Part shown: in pieces, positions 7,733-11,926 of the stretch
Layout of the letters: every line of letters starts with the position of its first letter
Numbering within the stretch: the first letter of the stretch is position 1
DNA from: Candidatus Zixiibacteriota bacterium
GTDB taxonomy: Bacteria > Zixibacteria > MSB-5A5 > CAIYYT01
Length of the DNA: 11,926 nt
Direction of reading: 5' to 3'
NCBI GenBank assembly: GCA_040235515.1
Contig: JBECKX010000036.1
Coordinates: forward strand, 1-11,926
Program-made: the position numbers and the translations under genes
Notes under the pieces: model-generated
Databases searched by the model: none
The model's input: only the letters and a program-made list of their open reading frames with translations
Told to the model about the DNA's origin: nothing

Positions 7733-8860
7733 CTAGTTCCAGTGTTCGTCGAGCCAGCCGCTGAAACCGGTGGTGTGCCAATCAAGATCGGCTCCGAGGA
7801 TGGCTCGATAGCGCAGCCCGACCGGATGCTCGTTCAGTTTCACGCGTTCCTGCGGCGGTTTACTGACGTCGCCGTGGACATACTCCACCACAGTGATCTT
7901 TTCGGGGCTGAGGTGGGCGAGCCCGCGTTGGAACAGCATCGCGACTTCGACATCGTCAGAGGGCAGGCTGTACCCGATTATGATAGCGCGGGTTGCCAGT
8001 CTGAGCGCATCCTCGGCTCGACTCCAAACCTGAGAAACATGCTTGTTCTCATAATCTTTGATGAAGGTCGGCGTTATGAGGATTGGACGAACGTAGCCGT
8101 CGCACGCCGGGTTCTGACACTTCGTCCCGCGACAGCTGTAGGCTCGCTGTGAAATCTCCTCATGGTAAAGTTCATCGAGCGCCTTTTCGGTTTTCATTTG
8201 TTTGGTTATGAAGAGATCGAGCCGCTGGCAATGGTCGCAGTAGAGCCAGTTCAGCGAGCCATGAATCTTGAGCAGCTTGCCGAAAGTACCTCTCTCGGTT
8301 GCGTACAGATAGCGATCGGTTGAGAAGTCAACGCCATAGTCAGGGTATTGACCATTTCGCTCCGCCAATCTCAGCATGACGTTGTCAACGATGACGTCGT
8401 AGTTGAGAGAAATCACGAGAGGTTCGATGCCCCGGTCATACAAAGGCTCGAGCAACCGGGTGTGCGGGTTTCTGCCGCTCATCCGCGAATGTCTGAGTGC
8501 CGCCTCAATGGCTGCGAAGACGCCGTACTCGACGGCGCGTCTTGCGTCGGTGAGGTCATCTCCGGCGTAGTTGCCGATTGAGAGGTTGGAAGTTTCGGCC
8601 CGTCTGATCATGCTGAGGACCATCGGCAAATTGGGGCAGTCTTCCTTCGTGATCGTACCGCCGTGGTTGGGAACGTGAAAGCAATCGACCAGGAACCGCC
8701 TGGTTAGTTCAAGGAGGTTCTCGCGGTCGACGACATCCACTTCAAGATTTTCGTTTTCAAATCTGCCATTCAACGCTGCGGGGAGGATTTCATCTGTCAG
8801 CGGTCCACCGCAATCCTTTGTCGCCCCGGCGCCAAGAATGATCACCGGTCTTTCAATCAT
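7733..8860 (-). CDS. SIR2-like (SIR2_2-type) protein with Zn-ribbon insert, putative NADase
   Basis: IILGAGAT..GGPL, VISLNYD (N153), LLKIHGSLNW (H200), CDHC (C208/C211) and CQNPAC (C248/C253), LITPT, IIIGYSLP; RBS AAGGAG. Confidence 0.9.
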   Translation of the reverse strand: MIERPVIILGAGATKDCGGPLTDEILPAALNGRFENENLEVDVVDRENLLELTRRFLVDCFHVPNHGGTITKEDCPNLPMVLSMIRRAETSNLSIGNYAGDDLTDARRAVEYGVFAAIEAALRHSRMSGRNPHTRLLEPLYDRGIEPLVISLNYDVIVDNVMLRLAERNGQYPDYGVDFSTDRYLYATERGTFGKLLKIHGSLNWLYCDHCQRLDLFITKQMKTEKALDELYHEEISQRAYSCRGTKCQNPACDGYVRPILITPTFIKDYENKHVSQVWSRAEDALRLATRAIIIGYSLPSDDVEVAMLFQRGLAHLSPEKITVVEYVHGDVSKPPQERVKLNEHPVGLRYRAILGADLDWHTTGFSGWLDEHWN

Positions 8861-8921
8861 CGTGCCAGCTCCTTTTGGTTTGAGTTACTCGTGGTCTCCT
8901 CGATCTGGTTGAATCGCCCTC

Positions 8922-9965
8922 TCAAGCTTTCAGGTGCCTGGCGATGTCGTTATTGGTAAGCCAGCCCAGAATCGGTTCATCAGCCTTACCCGACTTAGTC
9001 ACGAAAACATCCTGGCAGAATTCGATCGCTTCCATTCGCCGTTTTGCATCCTCGACCGATGTATCCGGGGAGACAAACTCAACGGAGTCGCGCACCAGCA
9101 CACCATTCTGATCCTCAGCGATGAAATCCGCCAGCGTGAGCAGGGAGAGCTTGTTGACATCCTGATTGCTGTCATAGCTGTGACGAGAAATGAACTTGAA
9201 CAACAAACTCTGGTGGATGATGTAGCGCAGTCGATTTTGTGCGTCGACGACCGGAATGCGCGTTACAGGACCTTTGTAGATATCGTAGAGATCCTTGATC
9301 AGGACATCGCTGTCGGTCTTGTCTTCCGCCATGCGATAGGTGGTGATGTTTTGCAGCTTCAACATGACATCCTTGACCGGTACCGGTTCGCCGAGTTTGT
9401 CCTCTCTCTCGGCATCGCCACCGCTCTTGAAGAGGGAGTCGAAGACTTCGCGCAATTTATCTGCCGCCTGCTTCGAAAACATGCCGGCCAGTCCGGTCAT
9501 AGCAGCAACGGCGTAGGGGTCGAGACTTGGATTTTCATCGCCGGCGATGCTCATCATCAAGCCGCCGCGAAAAGCGAAGTAGACCATCAAGGCCAATGCG
9601 ATGCCGATGAATGGACGCATATAGTACCACCAGTACCAGCTGCTGCGCATGCTGCGGTTCCCAACATAGGAGACATAGCTGGTCGCGGCATGCACGAAGC
9701 TCCCCAATCCCCCGGACAAAATGACAAGCAGAAGTAACCTTGTTTCGCCGGTTACGGTGCACCCCCAGATGAAGAGCGCCGCCGATTCTTTCCAGATATT
9801 TTCTGCATCCCCCGTTTCGCAGCAGATTGTGATCAGAAAGAGGAGCAGAATCAGGAACACCAGTGCGAGCACCAGACCAAGGATTAGCTCCCCGCGTCGT
9901 TTCTGTGGCTCTTTAGCGGAATCAGGCGTAGCCTTCTTCTCGTCTGTAACGACTGTACTACTCAT
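8922..9965 (-). CDS. Membrane protein (about 4 TM helices) with C-terminal CBS-pair-like domain
   Basis: Hydrophobic segments at about aa 27-47, 77-95, 118-137 and 151-164, with GGLGS...YVGN...WYWWYYMRPFIG...GMFSKQA; then VKDVM, TRIPVVD...YII, FVSPDTSVEDAKRRM...DVFVT...ILGWLTNNDI, matching a tandem CBS (Bateman) pattern. Confidence 0.8.
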   Translation of the reverse strand: MSSTVVTDEKKATPDSAKEPQKRRGELILGLVLALVFLILLLFLITICCETGDAENIWKESAALFIWGCTVTGETRLLLLVILSGGLGSFVHAATSYVSYVGNRSMRSSWYWWYYMRPFIGIALALMVYFAFRGGLMMSIAGDENPSLDPYAVAAMTGLAGMFSKQAADKLREVFDSLFKSGGDAEREDKLGEPVPVKDVMLKLQNITTYRMAEDKTDSDVLIKDLYDIYKGPVTRIPVVDAQNRLRYIIHQSLLFKFISRHSYDSNQDVNKLSLLTLADFIAEDQNGVLVRDSVEFVSPDTSVEDAKRRMEAIEFCQDVFVTKSGKADEPILGWLTNNDIARHLKA

Positions 9966-10149
9966 ATGCGCCTACCCTTTCAAACGCAGTGCAACTTGCT
10001 TATGACCTGTCGATCTTTTCAGCCTGACTTCTCAGGTGTGGAGTCCACCACAGCCGGAGAATGTCTCAGCAACGCACCGGGCCCCCGGATCGCGTGTTTT
10101 ATTCAATGAGGAATAAGTTGGTTGAACTTAGCCCGAGCTTTCTAAGAGT

Positions 10150-10179
10150 AGCTTAACCAATCGGTCGCTTCAAAGTCAA
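10150..10179 (-). promoter_or_regulatory. Putative sigma70 promoter of the TM-CBS/SIR2/crystallin operon
   Basis: Minus strand TTGACT (10179-10174) - 18 nt - TAAGCT (10155-10150). Confidence 0.4.
10163..10175 (-). repeat. 13-bp motif CTTTGAAGCGACC, copy 2
   Basis: Plus strand GGTCGCTTCAAAG, exact inverted match to 1621-1633; overlaps the predicted -35 box and spacer. Confidence 0.6.
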
Positions 10180-10294
10180 GGTGAATCTGGTCGGAGGTGC
10201 TGCAAAGTGCCAAAACCTGGCGGTGTTTTGTGTGTGTGAGGGGGAGAGCAGCTAGGAACGAACTGCCTGTATTAAGGCGTCGGACGGAGGTGGA

Positions 10295-11248
10295 TCAGAC
10301 GACCCCGGCCTTTGATGCAGATTCTTTACGCGAAGCAGTTGAGGCTTCAGCTTGTGTCGAGGGAGGAAGGGTGATACGGAACAGAGCGCCTTTTGCGACG
10401 GGAACGAACGCGATCTCTCCCTTATGAAACTCAACGATCGTTTTGACGATCGCCAGCCCAAGCCCGGTACCATCGTCTTTGCCGAAAGTAACGAATGGCT
10501 CGAACAGCTTGTCATGGAGTTGTTCAGGCACTCCGGAGCCACTATCCTCTACTTCGAGTGTAATCTTGTCACGGCCCGCCTGAAGCCGCAGCACTGCCGT
10601 GTCGCCGGAAGTGCAAGCTTGCAGTGAATTGCTGAGGAGATTGATAATCGCCCGCTCCAGCTTGCCGGCATCTCCCATAATGGTAACCGGTTCGTGGCCG
10701 GCGGGAGAGTTCTCAAGCTTCAGACTGACTCCACGTTTGTCAAAGACCGGCCTGATCGAGGTGATCACGTTCTCGCACATGGCACTGAGGTTGACTGCAG
10801 AGCAGGAGATTTTCAGGTTTCCTCGGGAGAAATCGAGGATGTCCTGGCTCAGGGATAGCATCGATTCGATTCTGTCATCAATCAACCGTTTGTATTCTGT
10901 GCGCTCGTCATCCGATGAGTCCTCGAGGGAATAGAGGTCAAGCCCCGACTTGATGACATGGACCTGGTTTCGCAGATCGTGCACGATCGTGGCGGCCGCC
11001 TGTCCGATGACGCGCAGGCTCTCGGCACTGCTCGCCCGGGCGGCGAGGCGCTTGAAGATGATAAAGACAAAGGTGGCAGACATCAGGACGAAGAATGATC
11101 CTTTGACCGTCTGGACCCAGCTCAACTCGCTGATGCTGTGTGCCAGCTGTCCGAAGATTAAGTCTGTCGCGAATATCCAGATTGAACCGGCGATGAAATA
11201 GTAGACAGCAGCTCTTAGTGCAATCCTGTTGTCACTCCGCTTGGACAC
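10295..11248 (-). CDS. Two-TM sensor histidine kinase (HisKA + HATPase_c)
   Basis: H-box IVHDLRNQ, N-box INLLSNS, G1 EDSGSGV, F-box LFEPFVTFGK, G2 GTGLGL; N-terminal 2-TM motif Y....GSIWIFATD...QTVKGSFFV. Start moved from the track's 11335 to GTG 11248, which has a GAGGGGAG RBS 6 nt upstream (317 aa). Confidence 0.92.
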   Translation of the reverse strand: MSKRSDNRIALRAAVYYFIAGSIWIFATDLIFGQLAHSISELSWVQTVKGSFFVLMSATFVFIIFKRLAARASSAESLRVIGQAAATIVHDLRNQVHVIKSGLDLYSLEDSSDDERTEYKRLIDDRIESMLSLSQDILDFSRGNLKISCSAVNLSAMCENVITSIRPVFDKRGVSLKLENSPAGHEPVTIMGDAGKLERAIINLLSNSLQACTSGDTAVLRLQAGRDKITLEVEDSGSGVPEQLHDKLFEPFVTFGKDDGTGLGLAIVKTIVEFHKGEIAFVPVAKGALFRITLPPSTQAEASTASRKESASKAGVV

Positions 11249-11340
11249 GGGAAGCTCCCCTCGGTGGTCAAAAAATCGATGCCCCTGTCGCACGGTGGCG
11301 ACACTCGGTGCAGCCCTTAGAAGAAATAAACTCAACTGTT

Positions 11341-11367
11341 GTATCGGAGTATCTGCGCGATAATTGA
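11341..11367 (-). promoter_or_regulatory. Possible sigma28 (FliA)-type promoter for the histidine kinase
   Basis: Minus strand TCAA - 15 nt - TCCGATAC versus consensus TAAA-N15-GCCGATAA; exact spacing. Confidence 0.4.
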
Positions 11368-11456
11368 ACTCGTATTGTCAGTCTCCACAGAATGTTCCAA
11401 ATGAGATGTTGCAGTCCGAAACAACCGAGAATATCCGGTTAGCGGTGCGGTTCGGG

Positions 11457-11497
11457 GAAAACTAAACGCGGCCGCAAGAGGCAACTCACGGCCGCGT
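11457..11497 (-). terminator. Rho-independent terminator after the outer-membrane protein gene
   Basis: Perfect 9-bp GC stem ACGCGGCCG/CGGCCGCGT (11466-11474 / 11489-11497) with inner GAG/CTC pairing, followed on the minus strand by TTAGTTTT; 31 nt after the TAG. Confidence 0.8.
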
Positions 11498-11528
11498 GGA
11501 TGGCGTTGGGCATCAACACCGGAAGGTT

Positions 11529-11926
11529 CTAAAAGCTTAATCCAACTAGCAAATGCGTGATTTCCGATTTCGGGTTGACAATCAGCGCTACCGTGACCGG
11601 GAGTGAGAAGCTCTCCGAGACGGCGATTTCGCGCTCGGCAGACACGCCGATGTTGGTGGCGGTGACTTCATCGGTGCCGTAGTAGTCGGGGTTTTCTTCA
11701 CTCCCACCCGCTACGCCGCAGAATAGATTCAACGCGGTCTCACCTACGGTCACGGGATAGCTGATCTCGAAATAGGTATTGTTTCCCGCGTCGTTATGAA
11801 CGTTGACATAACCGGATAGTGTAATCGGTGCGGATGCCGGGCCTGACACGGAAGCTCCGATTTCGATTGTGTGAGCCCCCGGATCAGGGTTGCCATCCTC
11901 ATCGACAGCATCGTAGTTGTTGAAAT
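11529..11926 (-). CDS. Outer-membrane beta-barrel protein, C-terminal part (5' end outside the window)
   Basis: Frame stays open beyond the track's start at 11849 to the window edge (FNNYDAVDEDGNPDPGAHTIEIGASVSG...). Alternating amphipathic strands (TYFEISYP, NIGVSAEREI, HLLVGLSF) and a terminal Phe fit the BAM beta-signal. Confidence 0.7.
   Translation of the reverse strand, partial: FNNYDAVDEDGNPDPGAHTIEIGASVSGPASAPITLSGYVNVHNDAGNNTYFEISYPVTVGETALNLFCGVAGGSEENPDYYGTDEVTATNIGVSAEREIAVSESFSLPVTVALIVNPKSEITHLLVGLSF

Noticed and set aside
1666..8860. Assignment to a known system (CBASS, AVAST/Avs1, Thoeris, IetAS, gasdermin)
   Set aside because: The defining partners (CD-NTase, STAND ATPase, TIR, AAA ATPase, gasdermin) are not in the window, so no gene symbols were assigned.
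8934..9737. 267-aa + strand ORF
   Set aside because: Antisense shadow of the well-supported TM-CBS gene; no recognisable motif.
10199..10213. Sigma54-like TTGGCAC...GC on the minus strand
   Set aside because: GG-to-GC spacing is 9 nt rather than the strict 10.
10229..10238. Short TG dinucleotide run
   Set aside because: Too short to argue for a phase-variable repeat.
11249..11335. 29-aa N-terminal extension of the histidine kinase in the ORF track
   Set aside because: TTG start without RBS; GTG at 11248 has a strong RBS and directly precedes the TM motif.

Overview
Bacterial, moderately GC-rich window with no tRNA, rRNA, CRISPR array, integrase or transposase. A compact six-gene block (1666-9965) of two convergent three-gene operons sits between ordinary genes: an ArnT/PMT-like GT-C membrane glycosyltransferase on the left, and a 2-TM histidine kinase plus an outer-membrane beta-barrel gene on the right. 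The + operon encodes a patatin-like phospholipase, a cytoplasmic S8 subtilase with a long N-terminal region, and a ComEC/Avs1a-like MBL-fold hydrolase. The - operon encodes a multi-TM + CBS-pair protein, a Zn-ribbon SIR2-like protein, and a probable beta-propeller + betagamma-crystallin protein. Most of these domains are known effector classes of anti-phage/conflict systems, yet no cyclase, STAND ATPase, TIR or RT is present. The best candidate for an undescribed system is a subtilase-triggered module activating an MBL pro-nuclease and possibly the phospholipase, facing a SIR2/TM-CBS nucleotide-linked module. An exact 13-bp sequence (CTTTGAAGCGACC) lies upstream of both operons in inverted orientation. 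Functional statements are inferences from motifs and gene context; no searches were run.
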